DNA of 64,000 nucleotides from Escherichia coli (GTDB lineage Bacteria; Pseudomonadota; Gammaproteobacteria; Enterobacterales; Enterobacteriaceae): NCBI RefSeq assembly GCF_024502345.1, contig NZ_JALDNN010000001.1; one strand, 5' to 3'. Shown piece by piece: positions 38,962 to 53,739 of this stretch (position 1 is its first letter; each line of letters starts with the position of its first letter). The notes under the pieces were generated by a model. It saw only the letters and a program-made list of their open reading frames with translations, ran no database searches and was not told where the DNA came from. The position numbers and the translations under genes were made by a program.

Positions 38962-40119
38962 TTATTGTCCTGCGAGTTGCTGAAGGGCTGTGATGACATA
39001 GTCGGCATCGGCGGTAGTCATATCCGGGAACAGCGGCAAAGAACAGATGCGTTCGCTATTCCATTCGGTATTCGGTAACGACAGCGTGGGAAAACGCTCG
39101 CGATAATATTTTTGTGTGTGAGCGGCGCGGAAATGTAACCCGGTACCAATGCCTCTTTCTTTTAACGCTTCCATCAACGCATTTCGACTGATACCACAAC
39201 GTTGTTCATCGATACGAATAATAAACAGATGCCAGGCGTGAACGTGCGGCCAGGCGGGAAGGCTTAATGGCTGAAAGGGGAGAGCTGCCAGTGCTTGCTG
39301 ATATTGCAGGGCAATTTCGCGCCGACGGGTGTTGAGGTGCTCTAATTTAGCTAACTGTGTCAGGGCAATCGCGGCGTTAATATCGGTCAGATTGTACTTA
39401 TAGCCCGGAGTTAAGACTTCAGCCTGCGGTGCACGGCCCCAGGTTTGTCTGTCATAGGCATCGACACCCAGACCGTGAAATTTCAGCATCCGTAGCTGGC
39501 GGGCAAGGTTTTCATTATCAGTTACAATCAGGCCACCTTCAGCACAGGTAATATTTTTAATGGCATGAAATGAAAAAATAGCGGTACCTTTTGCGCCAAT
39601 ATGTCGCCCTTTGTAATACGTACCTACGGCATGGGCAGCATCTTCGATAACTGCGATGCCGTAACGTTCGCCAATGGCGCGAATGGCGTCAATATCTGCT
39701 GGCGCACCGGCATAATGCACCGGAATGATGGCTTTAGTGCGTGGCGTAATGGCTGATTCGATCGCTTCAGGCGTGACCATCAGCGTATCGCGATCGACAT
39801 CCACCATTACCGGTGTTGCACCCAGCAAGGAAATCATATTGAGGGTTGAAACCCAGGTCAGGGAAGGCGTAATCACTTCATCGCCCTTGCCAATTTCCAA
39901 CGCCATTAGCGTGATATGCATTCCGGCGGTGGCTGAACTGACCGCGATGGCATGCTGATTTCCCGTCAACTGGCAAAAGGCTTGTTCAAGCGCGTGATTC
40001 TTCGGACCGGTTGTGATCCAACCGGATTCGAGAACCTCTTTAACTGCAGCGAGTTCCTCCACGCCCATTGCTGGTCGCGAAAAAGGCAAAAATTCTGACA
40101 TTGCTTTTCCTTCCGCCAT
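38962..40119 (-). CDS. arnB: UDP-4-amino-4-deoxy-L-arabinose aminotransferase ArnB (PLP, DegT family)
   Basis: 385 aa from [41 protein letters not shown].... An alternative ATG at 40101 would give 379 aa (MSEFLP...). Confidence 0.93.
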   Translation of the reverse strand: MAEGKAMSEFLPFSRPAMGVEELAAVKEVLESGWITTGPKNHALEQAFCQLTGNQHAIAVSSATAGMHITLMALEIGKGDEVITPSLTWVSTLNMISLLGATPVMVDVDRDTLMVTPEAIESAITPRTKAIIPVHYAGAPADIDAIRAIGERYGIAVIEDAAHAVGTYYKGRHIGAKGTAIFSFHAIKNITCAEGGLIVTDNENLARQLRMLKFHGLGVDAYDRQTWGRAPQAEVLTPGYKYNLTDINAAIALTQLAKLEHLNTRRREIALQYQQALAALPFQPLSLPAWPHVHAWHLFIIRIDEQRCGISRNALMEALKERGIGTGLHFRAAHTQKYYRERFPTLSLPNTEWNSERICSLPLFPDMTTADADYVITALQQLAGQ

Positions 40120-40199
40120 TGAATACCTGTCCACTTATATTTGCTATAAAGAGTGTTGTGTATATTTTGCCATTTGGAGCGAAATTTTAAGGATAGAAT

Positions 40200-40216
40200 A
40201 TTAACTTAACCTTAAG
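40200..40216 (-). promoter_or_regulatory. PmrA/BasR box in the arnB-ais divergent control region
   Basis: On the arn-coding strand the sequence reads CTTAAG-gttaa-GTTAAT, matching the direct-repeat PmrA box pattern YTTAAK-N5-YTTAAK; it lies about 80-100 bp upstream of the arnB start. Confidence 0.65.
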
Positions 40217-40408
40217 AAACTAATATTAGACGTAAATATTGAAATTTTTATATTTTTTCTTATTTAGGCTTTGCATTTGGCAAAATTTTGAGGCATTTTG
40301 CCGGCATCGCAGGATTTTTAATATTACACCAACTGCTAATTATCGCCAGAAATGTCGCTCAATTTCACGGTAATTGTCTGGTTGCGCTTGTCTATAGGTG
40401 GAGTTTAC

Positions 40409-41011
40409 GTGTTAGCTTTTTGCCGCTCTTCGTTGAAGTCAAAAAAATATTTCATCATTTTACTGGCGCTCGCTGCAATTGCCGGACTGGGTACTCATGC
40501 TGCCTGGAGTAGCAATGGTTTGCCACGTATCGACAATAAAACACTGGCCAGACTGGCACAGCAGCACCCGGTTGTCGTTTTGTTTCGCCATGCTGAACGT
40601 TGCGATCGTTCAACCAATCAATGCTTGTCAGATAAAACAGGTATTACGGTCAAAGGTACCCAGGATGCCCGTGAACTGGGCAACGCTTTTAGCGCTGACA
40701 TCCCTGATTTCGATCTTTATTCCAGTAATACCGTCCGGACCATTCAGTCCGCGACCTGGTTTTCAGCGGGTAAAAAGCTCACGGTAGATAAACGACTTCT
40801 TCAATGCGGTAATGAGATCTATAGTGCAATTAAAGACTTACAAAGCAAAGCACCTGATAAAAATATCGTTATTTTTACCCATAATCATTGCCTGACATAT
40901 ATTGCTAAAGATAAGCGTGATGCGACATTTAAACCTGATTATCTGGATGGTTTAGTCATGCATGTGGAAAAAGGCAAAGTTTATCTGGATGGGGAATTCG
41001 TTAACCACTAA
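40409..41011 (+). CDS. ais: Ais, lipopolysaccharide core heptose(II)-phosphate phosphatase (histidine phosphatase family)
   Basis: 200 aa from the GTG at 40409 ([31 protein letters not shown]...), with the RHAER phosphoglycerate-mutase-like motif ([11 protein letters not shown]); divergent from arnB. Confidence 0.88.
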   Translation: MLAFCRSSLKSKKYFIILLALAAIAGLGTHAAWSSNGLPRIDNKTLARLAQQHPVVVLFRHAERCDRSTNQCLSDKTGITVKGTQDARELGNAFSADIPDFDLYSSNTVRTIQSATWFSAGKKLTVDKRLLQCGNEIYSAIKDLQSKAPDKNIVIFTHNHCLTYIAKDKRDATFKPDYLDGLVMHVEKGKVYLDGEFVNH

Positions 41012-41049
41012 ATTTTCAATCTGACAGCCAGTGATGGCTGTCATCATTG

Positions 41050-41475
41050 TTAAAGAAGACCTTTCAAACGTAACGTTTTTCGGGTGGCAACATTCAAATC
41101 ATAATGCACCAGATCTTCAGGTTTTACCCACGCGTAGTCCTGAAACTCTTCGTTTATTTTCACTTCTCGGTTGGCAGAAACGCAGTCAAAAATCAGGTAA
41201 ATCATATAAATCTCTTCCTTGCGACCATCTGCATACGTCTTGGTGCGAATATCATCGCTGAAGGTCCACGGCGTGATTTCTGTCAAAAGCAGCTGTTCTC
41301 CCAATTCTTCGCGAATTTCGCGGCGTAGTGCCTCTTCAATTCGTTCGCCGGGCTCCACGCCGCCACCCGAAAGCGCCCATTGACCGGGGAAAACGCCGCG
41401 ATCGTCGGCCATTTTACACAGCAAATAAGCACCATCATTTTGAATCAAAGGGCATACAATAGTCCGTTGTCGCAC
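41050..41475 (-). CDS. nudI: Nudix pyrimidine deoxynucleoside triphosphate diphosphatase NudI
   Basis: 141 aa from the GTG at 41475 ([60 protein letters not shown]), Nudix box present. The 173-aa ORF in the track is an upstream extension. Confidence 0.88.
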   Translation of the reverse strand: MRQRTIVCPLIQNDGAYLLCKMADDRGVFPGQWALSGGGVEPGERIEEALRREIREELGEQLLLTEITPWTFSDDIRTKTYADGRKEEIYMIYLIFDCVSANREVKINEEFQDYAWVKPEDLVHYDLNVATRKTLRLKGLL

Positions 41476-41753
41476 AGGGGTATTCCTTATAAATAAAAAG
41501 AAACCATGAGAATACGGTAACTCAGAAATATGTGAAAGTGACAGTAATCTCTTTTGCGATGATAACTGCACTTATTATTATTTTTGTGTGTATCGGTAAG
41601 CTGTGTTTATTTTTTCGGCGTTTAATTATTTAAGAAGTATTTAGTTACAATAAGTGACTAGATCCCTTTTTTCGCTCATTGAATCCTCTGCGCCAGGCAG
41701 TACAATCCCGCAGCTTTGGGAATTTTGATTAATTGCTTGTGGGAAAGGGGATA

Positions 41754-42296
41754 ATGAAAAAAATTGCGCTAGCAGGTCTGGCCGGAATGCTGTTGGTTTC
41801 TGCATCGGTCAATGCAATGAGCATCAGCGGCCAGGCGGGTAAAGAATACACCAATATTGGTGTCGGTTTTGGGACTGAATCGACGGGCCTGGCGTTAAGC
41901 GGTAACTGGACACATAACGACGACGACGGTGACGTCGCTGGCGTGGGGCTGGGGTTGAATCTGCCTCTCGGGCCGTTAATGGCGACCGTTGGCGGAAAAG
42001 GCGTTTACACCAACCCGAATTACGGCGATGAAGGTTATGCCGCAGCGGTAGGAGGTGGTTTGCAGTGGAAAATTGGCAACAGCTTCCGTTTGTTTGGCGA
42101 GTATTACTACTCTCCGGATTCGCTCTCCAGCGGTATTCAAAGTTATGAGGAAGCGAATGCTGGCGCGCGTTACACCATTATGCGTCCAGTCAGTATTGAG
42201 GCGGGTTATCGCTACCTGAATCTGTCGGGTAAAGACGGCAACCGCGACAACGCCGTGGCTGACGGCCCGTATGTTGGGGTTAACGCCAGTTTCTGA
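41754..42296 (+). CDS. yfaZ: outer-membrane-type protein YfaZ
   Basis: 180 aa from MKKIALAGLAGMLLVSASVNAMSISGQAGKEY...; signal peptide and C-terminal aromatic residue (…GVNASF). Confidence 0.88.
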   Translation: MKKIALAGLAGMLLVSASVNAMSISGQAGKEYTNIGVGFGTESTGLALSGNWTHNDDDGDVAGVGLGLNLPLGPLMATVGGKGVYTNPNYGDEGYAAAVGGGLQWKIGNSFRLFGEYYYSPDSLSSGIQSYEEANAGARYTIMRPVSIEAGYRYLNLSGKDGNRDNAVADGPYVGVNASF

Positions 42297-42304
42297 TCCC
42301 TTCC

Positions 42305-42336
42305 GGCGCGGCATTCTGCCGCGCCATTCAGTTTCT
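42305..42336 (+). terminator. putative terminator downstream of yfaZ
   Basis: GC-rich hairpin ggcgcggca / tgccgcgcc followed by the T-rich stretch attcagtttctt. Confidence 0.45.
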
Positions 42337-42395
42337 TACTACGCCTTATCTCCCTTTGCGTTATAGTGATTCGATAACAAAAGCAGGAGATAACC

Positions 42396-43598
42396 ATGTT
42401 AAAAGTGGAAATGCTATCCACCGGGGATGAAGTGTTACACGGGCAAATCGTTGACACTAACGCTGCCTGGCTGGCCGATTTTTTCTTTCATCAGGGGTTG
42501 CCATTATCTCGCCGCAATACGGTGGGGGATAACCTTGATGACTTAGTCACCATTCTTCGCGAACGTAGTCAGCACGCCGATGTGCTGATCGTTAACGGCG
42601 GGCTGGGGCCGACCAGTGATGATTTAAGCGCACTCGCCGCTGCGACAGCAAAAGGTGAAGGCCTGGTGTTGCATGAAGCCTGGCTCAAAGAGATGGAACG
42701 CTATTTCCACGAACGTGGACGAGTAATAGCACCGAGCAACCGTAAACAAGCGGAGCTGCCTGCCAGTGCTGAATTTATCAATAACCCGGTAGGCACCGCC
42801 TGTGGTTTTGCCGTGCAGCTTAATCGTTGCCTGATGTTCTTTACCCCCGGCGTACCGTCAGAATTTAAGGTGATGGTCGAGCACGAAATCCTGCCGCGCC
42901 TGCGCGAGCGTTTTTCTTTACCACAGCCGCCGGTTTGCCTGCGTTTGACTACCTTTGGTCGTTCGGAAAGCGATCTGGCACAAAGCCTGGACACTCTACA
43001 ACTGCCGCCGGGGGTAACAATGGGCTATCGCTCCTCAATGCCGATCATCGAACTGAAACTCACCGGACCGGCAAGCGAGCAACAGGCGATGGAAAAACTG
43101 TGGCTGGACGTTAAACGTGTTGCCGGACAGAGCGTGATTTTCGAAGGCACCGAAGGACTGCCCGCGCAGATCAGTCGCGAATTGCAAAACCGCCAGTTCA
43201 GCCTGACGTTGAGCGAGCAATTCACCGGTGGTTTATTGGCTTTGCAACTTTCTCGCGCAGGTGCTCCACTGCTGGCGTGTGAAGTGGTTCCTTCACAGGA
43301 GGAAACCCTGGCGCAAACTGCGCACTGGATTACAGAACGGCGGGCCAACCATTTTGCCGGGCTGGCACTGGCTGTTTCGGGTTTCGAGAACGAGCATCTC
43401 AACTTTGCGCTAGCCACGCCAGACGGTACTTTCGCTCTGCGTGTGCGTTTCAGCACTACACGCTATAGCCTGGCTATCCGTCAGGAAGTGTGCGCAATGA
43501 TGGCACTGAATATGCTGCGCCGTTGGTTAAACGGCCAGGACATCGCCAGTGAGCATGGCTGGATTGAGGTTGTTGAGTCCATGACCTTATCCGTCTGA
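42396..43598 (+). CDS. yfaY: CinA-like competence/damage-inducible family protein YfaY
   Basis: 400-aa ORF MLKVEMLSTGDEVLHGQIVDTNAAWLADFFFHQGLPLSRRNTVGDNLDDL... (MoCF-binding CinA N-terminal domain). Confidence 0.9.
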   Translation: MLKVEMLSTGDEVLHGQIVDTNAAWLADFFFHQGLPLSRRNTVGDNLDDLVTILRERSQHADVLIVNGGLGPTSDDLSALAAATAKGEGLVLHEAWLKEMERYFHERGRVIAPSNRKQAELPASAEFINNPVGTACGFAVQLNRCLMFFTPGVPSEFKVMVEHEILPRLRERFSLPQPPVCLRLTTFGRSESDLAQSLDTLQLPPGVTMGYRSSMPIIELKLTGPASEQQAMEKLWLDVKRVAGQSVIFEGTEGLPAQISRELQNRQFSLTLSEQFTGGLLALQLSRAGAPLLACEVVPSQEETLAQTAHWITERRANHFAGLALAVSGFENEHLNFALATPDGTFALRVRFSTTRYSLAIRQEVCAMMALNMLRRWLNGQDIASEHGWIEVVESMTLSV

Positions 43599-43817
43599 TT
43601 CCGCCACTCTGTGCCGGTTTACTGCACCGGCACATTCCCCCTCCGGCAAAATTTGTCCAACCTGTTGTACTCAATAAGAAAAAATCCGTGCGCTGATTCA
43701 CAAATTTGTGCGTAATTTCTCCAGTCCGTTGGACGAGGAGCGGGATTTGATGCGCTTCACAATTTTACTCCCCCTGAGCAACGAGACTGATTCCAGTATC
43801 TAAGACTGGAGTCCAGT

Positions 43818-44600
43818 ATGTTGGAATCAAGCAAAGTTCCCGCCCTGACACGGGCTATTGATATTCTCAATTTGATTGCCCGCATTGGCCCCTGTAATGC
43901 TGCGACGATCATTGACACATTGGGGATCCCTAAAAGCACGGCCTATTTGCTGCTTAATGAACTCAGGCGTCAGCGTTTTCTTAGCCTTGATCACCAGGAA
44001 AATTTTTGTTTGTGGACCAAGCTGGTGGAGCTTTCCGGTCATGCGTTAAGCAAGATGGATCTCCGGGAACTGGCTCGACCGCGTTTGACGCAACTGATGG
44101 ATACCACCGGGCTGTTATGTCACCTGGGGATTATTGATAACGGCAGCGCTTATTACATTTTGAAAGTGGAGTCATCAGCCACTATCAGCGTGCGTTCACA
44201 TGAAGGAAAAAGCCTTTCGCTTTATCGCTCCGGAATAGGTAAATGCCTGCTTGCCTGGCAACCTGCAACTGTACAGCAAAGTATTATCGAAGGGCTGGTC
44301 TGGGAGCAGGCGACACCCACAACGATTACTCATCCACAGCAACTTCACGAAGAACTGGCGCGTATTCGCCGTCAGGGCTGGAGCTATGACAACGGCGAAG
44401 ATTACGCCGATGTCCGTTGTGTCGCTGCGCCGGTGTTTAACGCCAATAACGAGCTTACCGCTGCGATCTCGGTGGTCGGTACCCGCTTACAAATCAATGA
44501 AGAATACCGTGATTATCTGGCGGGCAAGGCCATTGCCTGCGCCAGGGATATTTCACGTCTGTTGGGATGGAAAAGTCCCTTTGACTTACAAGCCTCATAA
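43818..44600 (+). CDS. rhmR: IclR-family transcriptional regulator RhmR
   Basis: 260-aa ORF with N-terminal HTH ([41 protein letters not shown]) and IclR effector domain; immediately upstream of rhmD. Confidence 0.9.
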   Translation: MLESSKVPALTRAIDILNLIARIGPCNAATIIDTLGIPKSTAYLLLNELRRQRFLSLDHQENFCLWTKLVELSGHALSKMDLRELARPRLTQLMDTTGLLCHLGIIDNGSAYYILKVESSATISVRSHEGKSLSLYRSGIGKCLLAWQPATVQQSIIEGLVWEQATPTTITHPQQLHEELARIRRQGWSYDNGEDYADVRCVAAPVFNANNELTAAISVVGTRLQINEEYRDYLAGKAIACARDISRLLGWKSPFDLQAS

Positions 44601-44602
44601 CA

Positions 44603-45820
44603 ATGGAGAACATCATGACCCTACCAAAAATTAAACAGGTTCGCGCCTGGTTTACTGGCGGTGCGACAGCAGAAAAAGGCGCTGGCGGCGGTGATTATCA
44701 CGACCAGGGGGCGAATCACTGGATAGACGATCATATTGCCACCCCGATGAGTAAATACCGCGATTACGAGCAGTCACGCCAGTCATTTGGCATTAACGTT
44801 CTTGGCACGTTGGTTGTTGAAGTCGAAGCAGAAAACGGCCAGACCGGATTCGCTGTTTCGACAGCCGGTGAAATGGGCTGTTTTATCGTCAAAAAACACC
44901 TTAACCGTTTCATTGAGGGTAAATGTGTCAGTGATATCAAACTGATCCACGATCAAATGCTCAATGCCACCCTGTATTACTCCGGCTCTGGTGGCCTGGT
45001 GATGAATACGATTTCCTGTGTCGATCTGGCTCTGTGGGATCTGTTCGGCAAAGTGGTCGGGCTTCCGGTTTATAAACTTTTAGGCGGCGCTGTTCGTGAT
45101 GAGATTCAGTTCTACGCCACAGGTGCGCGTCCGGATCTGGCAAAAGAGATGGGCTTTATCGGTGGCAAAATGCCGACGCACTGGGGGCCACATGATGGCG
45201 ATGCGGGGATCCGCAAAGATGCCGCTATGGTCGCGGATATGCGTGAAAAATGCGGTGAGGATTTCTGGTTAATGCTCGACTGCTGGATGAGTCAGGACGT
45301 GAACTATGCGACCAAACTGGCCCACGCTTGCGCGCCCTATAACCTGAAATGGATCGAAGAGTGCCTGCCGCCACAGCAGTATGAAGGTTATCGCGAACTG
45401 AAACGCAACGCGCCAGTCGGAATGATGGTCACCAGCGGTGAGCACCACGGCACACTGCAATCTTTTCGTACGCTTTCAGAAACCGGTATCGACATTATGC
45501 AGCCGGATGTTGGCTGGTGCGGTGGCTTAACCACGCTGGTGGAAATTGCCGCAATCGCCAAATCCAGGGGGCAACTGGTGGTGCCGCACGGTTCGTCTGT
45601 TTACTCCCACCATGCGGTGATCACCTTCACCAATACGCCATTCAGCGAATTCCTGATGACCAGTCCGGATTGTTCAACGATGCGTCCGCAGTTTGATCCG
45701 ATTCTGCTTAATGAGCCGGTTCCGGTGAATGGTCGTATTCATAAATCAGTGCTTGATAAACCCGGTTTCGGCGTCGAACTCAATCGTGACTGCAATTTGA
45801 AACGCCCCTACAGCCACTAA
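44603..45820 (+). CDS. rhmD: L-rhamnonate dehydratase (enolase superfamily)
   Basis: 405-aa [56 protein letters not shown]...; the start could be the internal ATG at 44615. Confidence 0.93.
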   Translation: MENIMTLPKIKQVRAWFTGGATAEKGAGGGDYHDQGANHWIDDHIATPMSKYRDYEQSRQSFGINVLGTLVVEVEAENGQTGFAVSTAGEMGCFIVKKHLNRFIEGKCVSDIKLIHDQMLNATLYYSGSGGLVMNTISCVDLALWDLFGKVVGLPVYKLLGGAVRDEIQFYATGARPDLAKEMGFIGGKMPTHWGPHDGDAGIRKDAAMVADMREKCGEDFWLMLDCWMSQDVNYATKLAHACAPYNLKWIEECLPPQQYEGYRELKRNAPVGMMVTSGEHHGTLQSFRTLSETGIDIMQPDVGWCGGLTTLVEIAAIAKSRGQLVVPHGSSVYSHHAVITFTNTPFSEFLMTSPDCSTMRPQFDPILLNEPVPVNGRIHKSVLDKPGFGVELNRDCNLKRPYSH

Positions 45821-45876
45821 TCACTCCGGGCGTTGCTGTGACAACGGTAACGCCCACATATTCTAAGGAGCTTTTT

Positions 45877-47166
45877 ATGAGCACCGCTTTGCTTGACGCC
45901 GTGGTGAAGAAAAACCGTGTGCGTTTAATTCCGTTTATGTTGGCGCTGTATGTGCTGGCGTTTCTCGACCGTTCGAATATCGGTTTTGCCAAACAGACCT
46001 ACCAGATTGATACCGGGTTGAGTAATGAAGCTTATGCGCTGGGAGCAGGCATTTTCTTTGTGGTATATGCGTTTCTGGGTGTTCCGGCGAATCTTTTGAT
46101 GCGCAAACTGGGGGCCAGAACCTGGATTGGTACGACAACACTGCTGTGGGGATTTCTTTCGGCAGCCATGGCATGGGCCGATACTGAAGCGAAATTTCTG
46201 ATAGTTCGCACTCTGCTTGGTGCTGCGGAGGCCGGATTTTTCCCTGGTATGATTTATCTCACCTCGCAATGGTTTCCGCAGCGTAATCGCGCCAGCATTA
46301 TGGGGCTGTTCTATATGGGCGCACCGCTGGCGTTAACACTGGGATCACCGCTTTCCGGCGCGCTGCTGGAGATGCATGGATTTATGGGGCATCCCGGCTG
46401 GTTCTGGATGTTTGTGATTGAAGGATTGTTGGCAGTCGGCGCTGGGGTATTCACATTCTTTTGGCTTGATGACACACCGGAGCAGGCACGTTTTCTGAGT
46501 AAACAAGAAAAAACGTTGCTTATCAATCAACTGGCAAGTGAAGAACAACAGAAAGTGACTTCTCGGCTGAGCGATGCGCTGCGTAATGGCCGAGTCTGGC
46601 AACTAGCGATTATCTACCTGACCATTCAGGTGGCTGTTTACGGATTAATTTTCTTCCTGCCGACCCAGGTTGCGGCATTGCTGGGGACAAAAGTGGGCTT
46701 TACGGCGTCGGTGGTCACCGCCATTCCGTGGGTTGCGGCCTTGTTTGGGACCTGGCTTATTCCGCGCTATTCCGATAAAACCGGCGAACGGCGTAATGTC
46801 GCAGCGCTGACATTACTGGCGGCGGGCATTGGTATTGGTCTGTCCGGGCTGCTTTCTCCAGTAATGGCGATCGTAGCGCTGTGTGTTGCAGCCATCGGGT
46901 TTATTGCCGTGCAGCCGGTGTTCTGGACGATGCCGACACAACTGCTTTCCGGTACGGCGCTGGCTGCGGGGATTGGTTTTGTAAACCTGTTTGGTGCAGT
47001 GGGCGGGTTTATTGCCCCGATCCTGCGCGTGAAAGCAGAAACGTTATTTGCCAGCGATGCGGCGGGATTACTGACGCTGGCAGCGGTGGCGGTCATCGGT
47101 TCGCTGATTATTTTCACTCTGCGTGTAAATCGCACCGTTGCGCAGACCGACGTGGCACATCATTAA
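45877..47166 (+). CDS. rhmT: MFS transporter RhmT (L-rhamnonate)
   Basis: 429 aa from [40 protein letters not shown]...; the ORF track starts 13 codons upstream. Confidence 0.9.
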   Translation: MSTALLDAVVKKNRVRLIPFMLALYVLAFLDRSNIGFAKQTYQIDTGLSNEAYALGAGIFFVVYAFLGVPANLLMRKLGARTWIGTTTLLWGFLSAAMAWADTEAKFLIVRTLLGAAEAGFFPGMIYLTSQWFPQRNRASIMGLFYMGAPLALTLGSPLSGALLEMHGFMGHPGWFWMFVIEGLLAVGAGVFTFFWLDDTPEQARFLSKQEKTLLINQLASEEQQKVTSRLSDALRNGRVWQLAIIYLTIQVAVYGLIFFLPTQVAALLGTKVGFTASVVTAIPWVAALFGTWLIPRYSDKTGERRNVAALTLLAAGIGIGLSGLLSPVMAIVALCVAAIGFIAVQPVFWTMPTQLLSGTALAAGIGFVNLFGAVGGFIAPILRVKAETLFASDAAGLLTLAAVAVIGSLIIFTLRVNRTVAQTDVAHH

Positions 47167-47183
47167 ATAGGTTAAGGAACACG

Positions 47184-47987
47184 ATGAACACATTATTAAG
47201 CAATCCCTTTAAAGAACGTTTACGCAAGGGCGAAGTGCAAATTGGTCTGTGGTTAAGCTCAACAACTGCCTATATGGCAGAAATTGCCGCCACTTCCGGT
47301 TATGACTGGTTGCTGATTGATGGGGAGCACGCGCCAAACACCATTCAGGATCTTTATCACCAGCTACAGGCGGTAGCCCCCTATGCCAGCCAACCCGTGA
47401 TCCGTCCGGTGGAAGGCAGTAAACCGCTGATTAAACAAGTCCTGGATATTGGCGCGCAAACTCTACTGATCCCGATGGTCGATACTGCCGATCAGGCACG
47501 TCAGGTGGTGTCTGCCACGCGCTATCCTCCCTACGGTGAGCGTGGAGTCGGGGCCAGTGTGGCACGGGCTGCGCGCTGGGGACGCATTGAGAATTACATG
47601 GCGCAAGTTAACGATTCACTTTGTCTGTTGGTGCAGGTGGAAAGTAAAACGGCACTGGATAACCTGGACGAAATCCTCGACGTCGAAGGGATTGATGGCG
47701 TGTTTATTGGACCTGCGGATCTTTCTGCGTCGTTGGGCTACCCGGATAACGCCGGGCACCCGGAAGTGCAGCGAATTATTGAAACCAGCATTCGGCGGAT
47801 CCGTGCTGCGGGTAAAGCGGCTGGTTTTCTGGCTGTGGCTCCTGATATGGCGCAGCAATGCCTGGCGTGGGGAGCGAACTTTGTCGCTGTTGGCGTTGAC
47901 ACGATGCTCTACAGCGATGCCCTGGATCAACGACTGGCGATGTTTAAATCAGGCAAAAATGGGCCACGCATCAAAGGTAGTTATTGA
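47184..47987 (+). CDS. rhmA: 2-keto-3-deoxy-L-rhamnonate aldolase (HpcH/HpaI family)
   Basis: 267 aa from the ATG at 47184 ([52 protein letters not shown]...). The 368-aa ORF in the track is an upstream extension overlapping rhmT. Confidence 0.93.
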   Translation: MNTLLSNPFKERLRKGEVQIGLWLSSTTAYMAEIAATSGYDWLLIDGEHAPNTIQDLYHQLQAVAPYASQPVIRPVEGSKPLIKQVLDIGAQTLLIPMVDTADQARQVVSATRYPPYGERGVGASVARAARWGRIENYMAQVNDSLCLLVQVESKTALDNLDEILDVEGIDGVFIGPADLSASLGYPDNAGHPEVQRIIETSIRRIRAAGKAAGFLAVAPDMAQQCLAWGANFVAVGVDTMLYSDALDQRLAMFKSGKNGPRIKGSY

Positions 47988-47993
47988 TATCAA

Positions 47994-48020
47994 AGGCCCA
48001 TGGGGATCGGCTGTGGGCCT
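47994..48020. terminator. putative bidirectional terminator hairpin between convergent rhmA and ypaA
   Basis: Inverted repeat aggccca-N13-tgggcct in the 40-bp gap between two convergent stop codons. Confidence 0.4.
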
Positions 48021-48027
48021 GTGTTAA

Positions 48028-48225
48028 TTAGTGGTTATTCGCTGCCAGATCGGCTTCGCTTAGCTGGGTGGCCGCGAGCACCAGGTCACGATCAAAGCCC
48101 TGTTCCAGCATGCGCAAAGCAATTTTAATGGCTTGTTCATGCATGCCTTCCTGCAAACCTTCTAATTTACCTTCTTGCCAGCCAATTTGATGTCCTTCCT
48201 GCCGTAGCCGTTCAGCATTAGTCAT
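48028..48225 (-). CDS. ypaA: YpaA-like small ORF: duplicated C-terminal tail of the adjacent YfaD/RpnE gene
   Basis: 65 aa from the ATG ([65 protein letters not shown]). Its DNA is a diverged tandem copy of 48238-48490, the 3' end of the next gene. Whether it is expressed is unknown. Confidence 0.5.
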   Translation of the reverse strand: MTNAERLRQEGHQIGWQEGKLEGLQEGMHEQAIKIALRMLEQGFDRDLVLAATQLSEADLAANNH

Positions 48226-48237
48226 CAATCTCTCCTT

Positions 48238-49209
48238 TTAATGACAGTTCGGAATATCAGCATCAGTGAGTTGGGTTGCCGCCAGCACAATCTCACGTTC
48301 AAAGCCCTGCTCCAGCATGCGCAAGGCAATTTTAATGGCTTGCTCATGCATGCCTTCCTGCAAACCTTCTAATTTACCTTTCTGCAGACCCTCCAATTTA
48401 CCTTGCTGCAAACCTTCTAATTTACCTTCCTGCCAACCAATTTGATGTCCTTCCTGCCGTAGCCGTTCAGCAATAGTCATTAATCTCTCCTTTTGTAGTG
48501 GTGAACGTTCGGCAATCTCCTGAATAAAACGGGTGAAACGGGAGGTATCGCCGCATTGCAGCAGATAATTAAACAGTGTTTGTAGCTGGCTGTCATTAGT
48601 GAAGCCTCTAACCAAAAGCGTGGTGATCCTGTCGACCATACCGATTAAATCGCGGTCGCGAATATGCTTTTGAATCAGTTCCAGCAGAGCTATACGCCGA
48701 TGTTGCATGATCTCATCGTCAGGTACGATGGTGATATCCACCAACGGAAAAGCTTCGGTGTACAACTGCCGGGCAAGTTGCGGATCGTCAAACTCATCCA
48801 GCCAGTTGAGTGAGTACGGGTAGGGCGAGGTTTCGCCATGATAAAACAGCAACGGCACCACCAGCTGGACTCTGTCATAGCCTTTGTCCAGGTGACGCTG
48901 CATGGCGGCAGTGGCATAGCGCATTAGCCGAAAAGCCATATTCTTTTCTGCAGAGCTTTGATGTTCAATCACGCAGTAGATATAGCCGTCACCGTCGCTG
49001 GTTTCCACGGACCACAAAACATCCGAGTAGTAAGCGCGTAAACTTTTTTCAATAAAACTAGTGGGTTCCAGGCGTAAGGTTTGCAGGTTGCAAAGCTTGC
49101 GCAGTGGTTCTGGTAAATGTATTTCGAGAAAATCCCGTGCGGTTTCGGGTGTGAACATAAAGGTTTTAAACACCGCATCATGCGGGGAGGAGGTTGTTGA
49201 TTCGGTCAT
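48238..49209 (-). CDS. yfaD: Rpn-family recombination-promoting nuclease (YhgA-like, PD-(D/E)XK) YfaD/RpnE
   Basis: 323-aa [73 protein letters not shown]...; the C-terminal tail holds three GKLEGLQ repeats. Confidence 0.85.
   Translation of the reverse strand: MTESTTSSPHDAVFKTFMFTPETARDFLEIHLPEPLRKLCNLQTLRLEPTSFIEKSLRAYYSDVLWSVETSDGDGYIYCVIEHQSSAEKNMAFRLMRYATAAMQRHLDKGYDRVQLVVPLLFYHGETSPYPYSLNWLDEFDDPQLARQLYTEAFPLVDITIVPDDEIMQHRRIALLELIQKHIRDRDLIGMVDRITTLLVRGFTNDSQLQTLFNYLLQCGDTSRFTRFIQEIAERSPLQKERLMTIAERLRQEGHQIGWQEGKLEGLQQGKLEGLQKGKLEGLQEGMHEQAIKIALRMLEQGFEREIVLAATQLTDADIPNCH
48346..48441 (-). repeat. in-frame 24-bp tandem repeats (about 3.5 units) in the yfaD/rpnE tail-coding region
   Basis: Plus-strand units caaaccttctaatttacctttctg / cagaccctccaatttaccttgctg / caaaccttctaatttaccttcctg encode QxGKLEGL repeats. 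The ypaA copy at 48100-48170 has only one unit. Confidence 0.8.
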
Positions 49210-49354
49210 GGTTGTCCGTCACCTGATATTTATGATGACGCGACATTACGGTTATCCCAGGCCTTTGACATCTGCCAGTTTCAGCCTTTGCGAGACGTTT
49301 TCAGAGGAATTTTCACTGCGTTGCAACGCATACATGGTGCGTGGAATCGCGCTC

Positions 49355-49390
49355 GCAAAAATGCCCGATAAGCAATGTGCTTACCGGGCA
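49355..49390 (-). terminator. putative intrinsic terminator of glpACB
   Basis: Hairpin tgcccgataagc / gcttaccgggca (one mismatch); on the reverse strand it is followed by a T-run (plus-strand caaaaa at 49355-49360), just past the glpC stop. Confidence 0.55.
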
Positions 49391-49402
49391 TCAAAAGGTC
49401 GG

Positions 49403-53467
<4,065 letters not shown>

Positions 53468-53613
53468 TGTTATCCCTCTGAAGTTCGTTTTTTACCATTT
53501 AGCCATAGTAAAAACATGAATTGTTTGATTTCGCGCATATTCGCTCATAATTCGAAAGTGAAACGTGATTTCATGCGTCATTTTGAACATTTTGTAAATC
53601 TTATTTAATAATG

Positions 53614-53629
53614 TGTGCGGCAATTCACA
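53614..53629. promoter_or_regulatory. CRP (cAMP receptor protein) binding site in the glpA-glpT divergent region
   Basis: TGTGC-ggcaat-TCACA matches the CRP consensus TGTGA-N6-TCACA at 9 of 10 half-site positions; about 110 bp upstream of the glpT ATG. Confidence 0.7.
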
Positions 53630-53739
53630 TTTAATTTATGAATGTTTTCTTAACATCGCGGCAACTCAAGAAACGGCAGGTTCTCTCACTGAATCAGGCT
53701 GTTAATCATAAATAAGACCACGGGCCACGGAGGCTATCA

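Noticed and set aside
46881-47183. Upstream extension of rhmA in the ORF track (368 aa), overlapping rhmT
   Set aside because: The extension is out of character and overlaps the rhmT coding region; RhmA begins at the ATG at 47184.
48346-48441. Possibility that the 24-bp tandem repeats are a small CRISPR array
   Set aside because: The repeats are directly adjacent with no spacers, are in frame within a coding sequence (encoding GKLEGLQ units), and no cas genes are nearby.
53500-53600. Candidate FNR site for anaerobic glpACB induction
   Set aside because: TTGAT half-sites exist (for example around 53523) but no convincing TTGAT-N4-ATCAA partner could be found by eye; left unannotated rather than guessed.
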